From Nanobdellota archaeon (GTDB lineage Archaea > Nanobdellota > Nanobdellia > Parvarchaeales > Parvarchaeaceae): 64,000 nt of DNA. The DNA lies in the NCBI GenBank assembly GCA_021797085.1, contig JAKAAG010000002.1, positions 3,544 to 67,543 of the forward strand, in the 5' to 3' direction. Position 1 is the stretch's first letter; every line of letters begins with the position of its first letter. The notes under the pieces are model-generated. The model was not told the DNA's origin. It was given only the letters and a program-made list of their open reading frames with translations, and made no database searches. The position numbers and the translations under genes were made by a program. This document shows, piece after piece, positions 39,229 to 47,381 of this stretch.

Positions 39229-39869
39229 TTTCTTGATATCATATCTTTATCAATAAATAGGTTGTTCTTTCTTTTTAAACTATCTATACTCTCTCTTTCC
39301 TTTATTACCCTATCAAATATTTCATTATACGGCAGATTTACCTTATCTAATGCATTTTTTGCAAAGTCATATTCATAAAATTTAGAAGCAAATTCCTTGT
39401 CTTTCCATTTATCTGCGCTATCATGCTTTAGAAGATAATCCACCACATCTTTTGGTTCTTTAATTGTTTGGTTGAATTCAGAAAGTTCATCTCCTATAAT
39501 GTTGGATATAACCGCTACTTCAATAATATAATCATCAAGGCTTCCCTTGCTTATAGCATAAAGCTCTGCGATTGCTTCACTCAATGCAGGTTCTCTGCCT
39601 TTTTTATAGCTCTTAGAATGGCCTATCTCATGGTAAACTGTCATCTTTAAAGCGGATAAATACTTTTTGTCGTATTTACTGAGGTTTTGCACTTCTAATA
39701 ATAGTTTTTCGTCTATCCCTATTACGTTTTCGTTACCAACGTTCATGTTATATGAAAAGGACCCGGGCACAAATTTATACTCTTTTGCATCTTCACAGCA
39801 TGTTCCTATGATATCCTCTAGGTTGCGTATGTCCTCTGTTATTTTTGCAACGTCATAATTATTTTTCAT
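39225..39869 (-). CDS. Small HExxH (zincin-like) putative metallopeptidase
   Basis: 214 aa. It carries VYHEIGH with a downstream Glu-containing helix (SEAIAELY). 4-nt overlap with the ABCE1 start. Confidence 0.45.
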   Translation of the reverse strand: MKNNYDVAKITEDIRNLEDIIGTCCEDAKEYKFVPGSFSYNMNVGNENVIGIDEKLLLEVQNLSKYDKKYLSALKMTVYHEIGHSKSYKKGREPALSEAIAELYAISKGSLDDYIIEVAVISNIIGDELSEFNQTIKEPKDVVDYLLKHDSADKWKDKEFASKFYEYDFAKNALDKVNLPYNEIFDRVIKERESIDSLKRKNNLFIDKDMISRK

Positions 39870-39929
39870 TCCTTAGTATGAATGCAAGCCCTATAAATAC
39901 TTTTTATATCTGTAATACTTGTAATATAA

Positions 39930-40403
39930 ATGGAAAGCAATGATCCGGAATGTTCTATTGAGGAACATGAAAAGATACTGAAAATGCCAAAAGATAATCA
40001 CAGTGACCAAGAGGTAAAGGATATCCTTTCTAAATACAAAAAGGTAGCAGTTGTTGGTATGTCTAGGGAGGAAGGAAAAGACAGCCATGAAATACCCAAA
40101 TATTTAATAGGTAAAGGGTACGATGTAATACCTGTAAACCCAAATGCTGCTTCTATATTGGGTAAAAAATCATACCCCTCAATTTCAGATGTTCCAGAAA
40201 ACCCGGAAATAGTCGATATTTTCAGGCCTTCAGACAAGGTTTTACCAGTTGTCCAAGCCGCAATAAGCAAAAACCCAAAGGTGATATGGATGCAGGAAGG
40301 AATTTCAAATGAAGAAGCTAAAAAACTTGCGGAAAGCAAGGGAATAACAGTAATATTCAATAGGTGCATGATGAAAGAACACGTTAGATTGTTTGGGGAT
40401 TGA
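39930..40403 (+). CDS. CoA-binding domain protein (YccU/YneT-like)
   Basis: The block KKVAVVGMSREEGKDSHEIPKYLIGKGYDVIPVNP is the typical Rossmann-like CoA-binding signature. Confidence 0.8.
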   Translation: MESNDPECSIEEHEKILKMPKDNHSDQEVKDILSKYKKVAVVGMSREEGKDSHEIPKYLIGKGYDVIPVNPNAASILGKKSYPSISDVPENPEIVDIFRPSDKVLPVVQAAISKNPKVIWMQEGISNEEAKKLAESKGITVIFNRCMMKEHVRLFGD

Positions 40404-40451
40404 TAGGAATATTTATATATAATTATTACTATTCTAGAATCATTAAAATTT

Positions 40452-40859
40452 ATGGTAACTGCAGTTTGTGAATGCTACAAATGTAATTACAGGTTTAATT
40501 ATGAATATATCCCGGGGGTTTCCTATCATTCGATAAGACTTGGAAACAAAAGAATATTTCGATGCCCAAAGTGCAAAACACTGCAGAAGTTTGATTTGAC
40601 AGATAAAGGCCCTGATAAATCATTAAAAACATATGGCGACAGCTCGGAACTAGGGATTGGAGTAAAGATCTGGGTTACTATGCTTTTGCCAACCTTTATA
40701 CTTGTATTTGCAGGGACCGTTTCTTTCTTTACTTTCATACAACCTTTGTATCTTCATTTCGTTTTGATTGCAATTGCTGTTGTATGGGTATTCGGATACC
40801 TTACATATCTTATAATAACAGTAGGCCCAAAAACGGCAAAGGCGGGTCAGAGGAGGTAA
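40452..40859 (+). CDS. Zinc-ribbon membrane protein
   Basis: N-terminal C-x-C-x2-C...C-x2-C ribbon, then two TM helices. Confidence 0.5.
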   Translation: MVTAVCECYKCNYRFNYEYIPGVSYHSIRLGNKRIFRCPKCKTLQKFDLTDKGPDKSLKTYGDSSELGIGVKIWVTMLLPTFILVFAGTVSFFTFIQPLYLHFVLIAIAVVWVFGYLTYLIITVGPKTAKAGQRR

Positions 40860-40862
40860 GTC

Positions 40863-41411
40863 ATGGTATACAGCTTTGTAATTTCAGAGGGTAACTTCAA
40901 TTTTATACTCCTCTTACCTGTAATAATAGGAATAATTGTTATCTTCCTAGGGGTTTTTGCCAAGAAAAAGAATGAAAACACAAAAGGAATAAAAAATACT
41001 GTTTATATTACAATAGGAGTAGGTGCAGCTATTATTATAACTGGAATAGTTCTGTTTTTGCTGTTAACAGAACCCTATACTGTCAAAATAGGAAATGGTT
41101 ACATATCGGTATTAGGTTCTAGCATTGATGGCGGCAGCATAAATGTAACCTCCAATGAAATCGAATCCGCATATCTTGGCAATATAGCAACAGGTAATCT
41201 TACTCTATCTGTAAGAACTGACGGCACAAGTATTGGAAACATAAATGCAGGTAGTTTTTTACTTAGTAATAACGCGAAAGCATATGTTGCATCGGAAAAT
41301 AGTACTGATGTGATAATAAAGCTAAAGGGTGGCAGTTATCTAATTGTAGGAAATAACAATACAGATGCTTTGGCGGCAATAATTTCAAAAAATGTTTACA
41401 ATATAAGCTGA
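40863..41411 (+). CDS. Membrane protein with two TM helices and a beta-rich extracytoplasmic/PH-like domain
   Basis: 182 aa with two N-terminal hydrophobic helices. The C-terminal domain has no motif I can name with confidence. Confidence 0.45.
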   Translation: MVYSFVISEGNFNFILLLPVIIGIIVIFLGVFAKKKNENTKGIKNTVYITIGVGAAIIITGIVLFLLLTEPYTVKIGNGYISVLGSSIDGGSINVTSNEIESAYLGNIATGNLTLSVRTDGTSIGNINAGSFLLSNNAKAYVASENSTDVIIKLKGGSYLIVGNNNTDALAAIISKNVYNIS

Positions 41412-41464
41412 TTTGTAAAAAAGCAATAAAAAAGCATTTATCTTATAACCATCCATACTAATCT

Positions 41465-43228
41465 ATGACAGACTATATGTTAAACAGTAAGTTCAATGAC
41501 CCATTCAATAAGGTCCAGTTTGGGGTTTCTATCGGAGAGAGGAATCAGTTAGAGGAGTTTGCCAAGGTCCTTAGAAGCGGTGCAAGGATGGTTGAAATAG
41601 ATGTAGCAAGCGTATATGGTCTTGGAGGGGAGCAGGGGAATGCCGCAGACACTATCAGTAAAACAGAAAGAGAAGCAATAGCAAATCTTGCAAAGACAAA
41701 TGATGTTGATTTAAGTGTTCATGCTCCATGGGCAATAAATTTTTCAGGGATAGAGCCTCAGTCCAAAGCCAAATCAGAGCTATATGAACACCTTGTTGAA
41801 AGGGAGATAGGCACTGCTTTGGAATTTGCTGATGATATAAGCAAAAAGCTGGGCAGAAAAAACATGCCAGTTATCTTTCATGCTTCTTCAGACAATCTCT
41901 CAGATCCGGATAAAAGCCTAGTTTATTCAGTTTATGATCAACGGGAAAATAAAGTTATTCCGGTTACAAGGCAAGAGATTGATTTAGGAATTGACAAAAA
42001 CACTGTAAGCAGTACGGAGGAAAGAAAAAGACTGGCGATGCAAAAGTTTAGGGATCTTTATGGAGAAAGCTTCTATCAAAAAGTTTTTGAAAATACGGGT
42101 AATAAAAATCTGGGGTTTGTTTCTGACGATGGTAAGGTAATACTTAGCCCAGAAGGTGCGGTTGAACTTCAGAAAAAGAGTTTGTCACAGCAGATGAATC
42201 AAGAAAGAGCAAGCCTAAATATCAGCTTAAGGAATCTTGAATATCAGAAGATGGAGCTAGGAGTTAAGATGGAGAGTTTGAGGGCAAAACTAAATAATCC
42301 TAACATAACTACAGACGAATTAAAAAAATATCAAAGTGAATCCCAGAAGGTTGAAAAAGAGATTGGGAATATAGATGAGATGGTTAAGAATCTTAATCAA
42401 AAGTATGCAGAACTTGAGATAGATGAAAAAACCCTGCCAAATCGTTTCGTATCCTATGATAAAAAGGCACCTGAGCTTGCTGCCGAAGGCATAGTTAAAG
42501 CTGCAATGTTTTCTTATAATAATACAGAATCGAAGCCAATGATACTTGTTGAAAATCCAATGTCCCCAGATATGTCATTAAGTGATCCTAGAGATACTGC
42601 AGAAGCTGTTCGTATAGCTAGGGAGGAATTCGCAAAGGAACTTCATGAAAAACAGAAGTTATCCCTTAAGGAAGCAGAAAAGATAAGCAGTGATCTTATA
42701 GGTATAAACCTTGACATAGGGCATATAAATGTCTTTAAATCCTACATAAATCCAAATACTGGTAAGCCATACTCCGACAAGGACATAGTTGAAATGGCAA
42801 AGGCAGCCGGCGATTATTTAAAAAGATATCACTTGAACGATAATATGGGAAATAAGGACAGTCATCTTCCTTTGGGGCAAGGAAACGCGCCAATAAAGGA
42901 GGTTTACGATGCAATGATGGAAAAAGGACTTGATGTTCCAGCAATAATGGAGGTGTTTGGAGGATTGGGTGGACTTGAAAGTGGAACTATTCAATCACTT
43001 CAATACATGGGTGCGCCTTTATATGGCAACATTCCTTATGTATCTTTGCCTTCATATTTAGGCCAGCCTTATTCTTCTATAGTTGGAGATTACTCATCTT
43101 ATTCTAATCTTGGATTGAAACAGGATATGCTTCCCTATGGCGGTTTTTCAGGTATATTTCCCGCAGTAGGAGGAGGTTACATGGAAAATAAGGGCAATTC
43201 AAGCTTTTCGGGGGCGCCAATGGCATGA
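41465..43228 (+). CDS. Endonuclease IV-family TIM-barrel protein with a large coiled-coil insertion and a Tyr/Gly/Ser-rich C-terminal tail
   Basis: All Nfo metal-ligand blocks appear in order: VHAPWAINF, IFHAS, LVENP, LDIGH, YHLNDN, KDSHLPLGQGN, IMEVF. About 224 residues separate the second and third blocks, against about 36 in E. coli Nfo. Confidence 0.65.
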   Translation: MTDYMLNSKFNDPFNKVQFGVSIGERNQLEEFAKVLRSGARMVEIDVASVYGLGGEQGNAADTISKTEREAIANLAKTNDVDLSVHAPWAINFSGIEPQSKAKSELYEHLVEREIGTALEFADDISKKLGRKNMPVIFHASSDNLSDPDKSLVYSVYDQRENKVIPVTRQEIDLGIDKNTVSSTEERKRLAMQKFRDLYGESFYQKVFENTGNKNLGFVSDDGKVILSPEGAVELQKKSLSQQMNQERASLNISLRNLEYQKMELGVKMESLRAKLNNPNITTDELKKYQSESQKVEKEIGNIDEMVKNLNQKYAELEIDEKTLPNRFVSYDKKAPELAAEGIVKAAMFSYNNTESKPMILVENPMSPDMSLSDPRDTAEAVRIAREEFAKELHEKQKLSLKEAEKISSDLIGINLDIGHINVFKSYINPNTGKPYSDKDIVEMAKAAGDYLKRYHLNDNMGNKDSHLPLGQGNAPIKEVYDAMMEKGLDVPAIMEVFGGLGGLESGTIQSLQYMGAPLYGNIPYVSLPSYLGQPYSSIVGDYSSYSNLGLKQDMLPYGGFSGIFPAVGGGYMENKGNSSFSGAPMA

Positions 43229-44010
43229 TGGAAGAAAACAATGAGAAGGGACATTTGGAGTTAAGAGGATACGATGCTGCTTATAAGTTTGCAAAGGGAA
43301 TATTTGAAAGATATCCAAAAGTAATGAAAACAATCGTTTTATTCGGTTCTTACAGCAAAGGCAAAGAAACAGAAGATAGCGATGTTGACATAATGGTAGT
43401 AATGGACGATGTTTTAAATAAACTGGATGAAACCGTTCAGTCTTTGATATTTTCAGATGTTGACAAGCTAGTAAAGGAAAGCCAAGTTAAATTACACATA
43501 AACTTTGTAACATTGACTGCATTCTGGCGCGGGGTTATAGCTGCTGATCCAGTTTCAGTAAATGTTCTAAAATATGGCGTTCCTTTGATAGACACAGGTT
43601 ATTTTGAACCTTTGCAGGCTTTGCTTAACATGGGCGAGATAAAGCCTACTGAGGAATCAATATACGCTTCTTTAACAAGAAGCGAATTATATATGAATTC
43701 CGCAAAGCTTAAACTTGCTTCTGTGGTTACAGACATGTACTGGGCCGTTGTAAATTCTGCGCAGGCTGCGATAATGCGGCAGGGAGACATACCTCCCTCT
43801 CCAGAAGTTATACCTGAAATGCTTTTGAAACTGGAGGAAAGAGGGTTGGTAAACAAGAAACAGATTGATGATTTCAATGAGATATTCACGCTTGGAAAAC
43901 GGCTGTTTCATGGAGAAAAAATAGATATAAATGGAGAAAAAGCCCAAGAAATACTCATAAAAGGGATAGAATTCGATTCAAAGATGACGGATATTGCAAA
44001 ATCTAAATAA
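43225..44010 (+). CDS. Nucleotidyltransferase (MNT-type) fused to a helical HEPN-like domain
   Basis: The N-terminal half has LFGSYSKGKETEDSDVDIMVV (GS...DxD). The C-terminal half is a roughly 120-aa all-helical domain. The start overlaps the upstream stop by 4 nt. Confidence 0.65.
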   Translation: MMEENNEKGHLELRGYDAAYKFAKGIFERYPKVMKTIVLFGSYSKGKETEDSDVDIMVVMDDVLNKLDETVQSLIFSDVDKLVKESQVKLHINFVTLTAFWRGVIAADPVSVNVLKYGVPLIDTGYFEPLQALLNMGEIKPTEESIYASLTRSELYMNSAKLKLASVVTDMYWAVVNSAQAAIMRQGDIPPSPEVIPEMLLKLEERGLVNKKQIDDFNEIFTLGKRLFHGEKIDINGEKAQEILIKGIEFDSKMTDIAKSK

Positions 44011-44554
44011 ACAGATTTATTAATACGCCGAGAAAAGCGCTTATCCCTGCTATAAGTAACCCTACACCTGCGGTTTTTAGCCCTTCCTTTATCTTCTGTC
44101 TTTTTTCTTCCTGAGAGTAGCTTCCTATGATTGCAAGTATTATCAAACTTAAAACAAGTGAAATAATACTGGTTGCAACGCTTTGCGTTGCCTTCAAAGC
44201 ATAATACGCTATGTAAGGTAAAAGGACGATAACACTACCCAATAAGGTGGAGATAAAACCGAGTGCAGCATACCTAAGATTTTTAGCTTTTTTTAGCTTT
44301 GTAATTTTCTTCGGGTCATATTCTTTAGCAAAAAGTACCTTTCTGTATTCCTTCATCTGCTGGCCCAGCACAAAATTTTCAGCATTATAAGCGGAAAAGA
44401 AATTGGACAACGAGCCGCTTACCCCTACTAAAAGAATAGACGCAAATGTAAGCTGGTAACTGTGGAAAACGGAAATACCTAAGGAAATACCCAGCCCAAG
44501 AAACAATCCATCGCTTAGACCCAGTATTACATACCTACTTTTTGCTCTTTCCAT
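44003..44554 (-). CDS. VIT1/CCC1-family membrane protein (putative Fe/Mn transporter)
   Basis: The GLSDGL motif near the N-terminus, five hydrophobic helices, and pairing with a DUF211 gene. Confidence 0.65.
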   Translation of the reverse strand: MERAKSRYVILGLSDGLFLGLGISLGISVFHSYQLTFASILLVGVSGSLSNFFSAYNAENFVLGQQMKEYRKVLFAKEYDPKKITKLKKAKNLRYAALGFISTLLGSVIVLLPYIAYYALKATQSVATSIISLVLSLIILAIIGSYSQEEKRQKIKEGLKTAGVGLLIAGISAFLGVLINLFI

Positions 44555-44807
44555 TAGAACTTACTGTGGCTTCGTCTAAGCTGTTTATTACAGCCCCTCT
44601 ATCCTTCAAAGCTTTTTGTATGCCTTCAAAGTTTATTTTTGAGCCTTCAATAACTACTTTTAAGCCTTCTGTGTGTATGTCCACCTCTACTACTTTTATG
44701 AAAACATCCCCGTTTCTTACATGTTTTGCTATGTCATTAGCAAGATCTATTATACTATACTCTCCGATAGGTTTTACCGCATCTATTACAAGTCTGCTCA
44801 AATACAT
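44535..44807 (-). CDS. DUF211 (COG1888) protein
   Basis: 90 aa. The RLVIDAVKPIGEYSIIDLA... pattern is typical of DUF211. It lies upstream of and overlaps the VIT1-like gene. Confidence 0.65.
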   Translation of the reverse strand: MYLSRLVIDAVKPIGEYSIIDLANDIAKHVRNGDVFIKVVEVDIHTEGLKVVIEGSKINFEGIQKALKDRGAVINSLDEATVSSNGKSKK

Positions 44808-44934
44808 ATAACGTGTATTTTATATCTGTTTAGATTAATAAATCTTTAATTTATATGTAAGCCGCTTAACTTTTGATTTGTAGCTTTATCCGTAAAAAGA
44901 AATATTTAAATAGTATCAATTTTAGTATGTAAAT

Positions 44935-45327
44935 ATGATTTCAAACAGAAAAGCACAGGGTTTGCCTATCAATACTATAATACTTATTGCAGTAGGCTTG
45001 CTTATACTTGTTCTTTTGATTACCTTTGTACTTGGGGGCTTTAAAGGATTGGGAGCAGCCTCTCCATCGAGTTCTACTCTTTCAGCATTCTCAGCAACAT
45101 GCTCAACTTACTCTACTACAACTCCTGCAAGCCTTGGTTTTCAGCAGTGGTGCTCACATACTGTAGCCAATCCTTCAGGTTCTGGAGTTTATAATTGTTA
45201 TTCTAATTTGGCGGACCCTCCTGGAACTGATACCGCTACAATAGTGTTGTCTAATGGTACTACAGCAGCAGGGCCATCAGGAACAGATGCTCCAACAGGT
45301 TCAGGCATTATAAACTGCCCGACATAA
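44935..45327 (+). CDS. Small class III signal-peptide (pilin-like) protein, Cys- and Ser/Thr-rich
   Basis: N-terminus MISNRKAQG/LPINTIILIAVGLLILVLL, followed by an approximately 90-aa domain with five Cys. Confidence 0.6.
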   Translation: MISNRKAQGLPINTIILIAVGLLILVLLITFVLGGFKGLGAASPSSSTLSAFSATCSTYSTTTPASLGFQQWCSHTVANPSGSGVYNCYSNLADPPGTDTATIVLSNGTTAAGPSGTDAPTGSGIINCPT

Positions 45328-45389
45328 ACTTGAATTATAATCTGATACAATATCCAAAGCTTTTTATTTACTGACTTTGTTTTTAGTAA

Positions 45390-46025
45390 ATGAAGAAAAG
45401 ACATACTTTGACGAATGTATTGATGGCTGTATTTTTAATAATAATCCTTGTAGCGATATTCTATGCATTCAAAACGCACATAGTTCTTTTTAATTCCTGT
45501 TATTTTTCAAATGAAACTTTGGCGGTAAATAACTCCGGGCCGTTCTGTCTACCAAATAACGGTGTCAACATAATAATAAACCGTTCTATACTTTCGTATT
45601 ACCCAAATTCTACTTTGGCCATACATGACCAGAATGTTTCTGCTCTGCCATTCTCATTTTTTGAGGGTAAACCTTTGATAACCATATGGAATGAGCCGAC
45701 GAGTTTAGGTCCTGATTCATATTCCTTCCTTACAATACCTGACACTTTCAAAGTGCATATGCAGTATAATGCATCTGTTACAACTAATTTCATTGTTATG
45801 ACCAATGAACAGTACGTTAACTGGGTAAATACAAAGAACCTTAACAATAACTACGTGGCTATAGAAACCGGTAAAAATATTTCATTGTGGTTCAATCAAA
45901 GCACCGGGTGTGCAGGATACGTTGCAGTGATTGAATCAGTCTCAGGAAGCGCAGTTGCTATCTCACCCGATGAAAAAATACTTTATGACCCGGCAAGTTC
46001 ACCTACAGGAGCATGTGCTGGTTGA
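45390..46025 (+). CDS. Secreted/anchored protein with N-terminal TM helix, unknown function
   Basis: 211 aa. N-terminal signal-anchor LMAVFLIIILVAIFYAF and a beta-rich body with N-x-S/T sequons. Confidence 0.5.
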   Translation: MKKRHTLTNVLMAVFLIIILVAIFYAFKTHIVLFNSCYFSNETLAVNNSGPFCLPNNGVNIIINRSILSYYPNSTLAIHDQNVSALPFSFFEGKPLITIWNEPTSLGPDSYSFLTIPDTFKVHMQYNASVTTNFIVMTNEQYVNWVNTKNLNNNYVAIETGKNISLWFNQSTGCAGYVAVIESVSGSAVAISPDEKILYDPASSPTGACAG

Positions 46026-46063
46026 AATGTCAATTTTAAATTCTTTAATGTACATTATATAAC

Positions 46064-46675
46064 ATGGAAATCGATATTTTTGATGCGGTAAATGAACTAA
46101 AGAGCTTTTACGAAGAGAATGCACCTCTTTCGAAGATAAGTGGTTTGATAACTTACAAAAAGGTATCTATAAGCCTTGAATACAAGGAAGGCGTTATAAA
46201 GATAAAAGCCCAGCATCCATTGAGCATAAAAATCTATAAGATTTATAATATCCTATTGAGGCTTTTCCTTGTTAAAGCTGTAAAGTTAACCATTGATTTT
46301 GTAGAAAATAACCAGCAGAAATCAGTTTCAAAGCAATTCGGCTCTGATGAGAATATTGACCCAGTGATAGAAGATCTTAAGGGTTTGCCACATGATAGCA
46401 TAACGGATATAGTGATTGATACTGATTACTTCAAGATAGTTGAAACACAGGATATGAGCGATAATGTTTCTATAATGCTAAAAAAGAACGGCAAGAAAGA
46501 GCTTTTTAAAAGCCTTTCAAATTATCTTTTCCCCTTCGTAAACATGCCTGCAAATGAGTCTTTGCTTGAGGAAATAAACTTCTCAAAGCAGGAAGACCAA
46601 TTAACAGTCGATATCTTGATGAAGATTGACGGCTCCCCCATGGGAATAAAATCAAAGAAGGTTAGGTTGGTTTAA
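46064..46675 (+). CDS. Hypothetical cytoplasmic protein, first gene of the KaiC-like/GTPase/Roadblock cassette
   Basis: 203-aa ORF with no recognisable motif. It ends 1 nt before the next gene. Confidence 0.5.
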   Translation: MEIDIFDAVNELKSFYEENAPLSKISGLITYKKVSISLEYKEGVIKIKAQHPLSIKIYKIYNILLRLFLVKAVKLTIDFVENNQQKSVSKQFGSDENIDPVIEDLKGLPHDSITDIVIDTDYFKIVETQDMSDNVSIMLKKNGKKELFKSLSNYLFPFVNMPANESLLEEINFSKQEDQLTVDILMKIDGSPMGIKSKKVRLV

Positions 46676-46676
46676 T

Positions 46677-47345
46677 ATGGAAGGAATAAAAACTGGTTTT
46701 AAGAATTTTGATGAGCTTACCAATGGTTTGGATTACAGAAAAGTGTATTCCATTTTTGGAAATAAAGAATCCGGAAAAGAGCAGTTTATATACAAAGTTG
46801 TTCAATCGGCTCTTTCGTCAAAAAATGCGATAGTCTATGTATTAACCTCTAAGTCATACTCCGACTTAATAAATGAATTTAACTCTAGAGGGATAAACAT
46901 AAATCCCTACCTTGGAGAGGATTTTAAGATATTGGATGACTTCAGCAGGACAAACTCACCTAGTGCTACTGACAATTCCTACGCAAAAATATTAAATGGG
47001 CCGTTGGATTTAACGGGTTTATCCGTTTCTTTATCGAGCGCAAACAGTGATTTTGTAAAGGATGCAAAGCCGGTAATAAACATATTTGACAATCTTTCAA
47101 ATCTACTTATATACAACAACCCTGTAACTGTATATAGATTTCTTCAGTTTGTTTGTGGTAAGGCCAAATTGGCAGGAATAACTACCTTGTTTTCAATCGA
47201 TATAGCTATGCATCCCCCCGAAGTTATAGAAACTATAAAAAACCTTTCGGATGCAATAATAGATCTAAAGCTTGAAGAGGGTAAAAGATATTTCAGGCTT
47301 TCAGGTACAAGCAAGGAAGTGCTTGAGTTTAAAGAGCTTGAATGA
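46677..47345 (+). CDS. KaiC/RecA-superfamily protein (ArlH/KaiC-like) with atypical Walker A
   Basis: The N-terminus GIKTGFKNFDELTNGL fits the KaiC/RadA pattern. Walker A is GNKESGKE (Ser/Thr replaced by Glu), the Walker B-like strand is VINIFD, and the C-terminal block is EGKRYFRL. Confidence 0.65.
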   Translation: MEGIKTGFKNFDELTNGLDYRKVYSIFGNKESGKEQFIYKVVQSALSSKNAIVYVLTSKSYSDLINEFNSRGININPYLGEDFKILDDFSRTNSPSATDNSYAKILNGPLDLTGLSVSLSSANSDFVKDAKPVINIFDNLSNLLIYNNPVTVYRFLQFVCGKAKLAGITTLFSIDIAMHPPEVIETIKNLSDAIIDLKLEEGKRYFRLSGTSKEVLEFKELE

Positions 47346-47381
47346 TATATTTAAAAGCAATAATTACCATAATCTTGTTAT

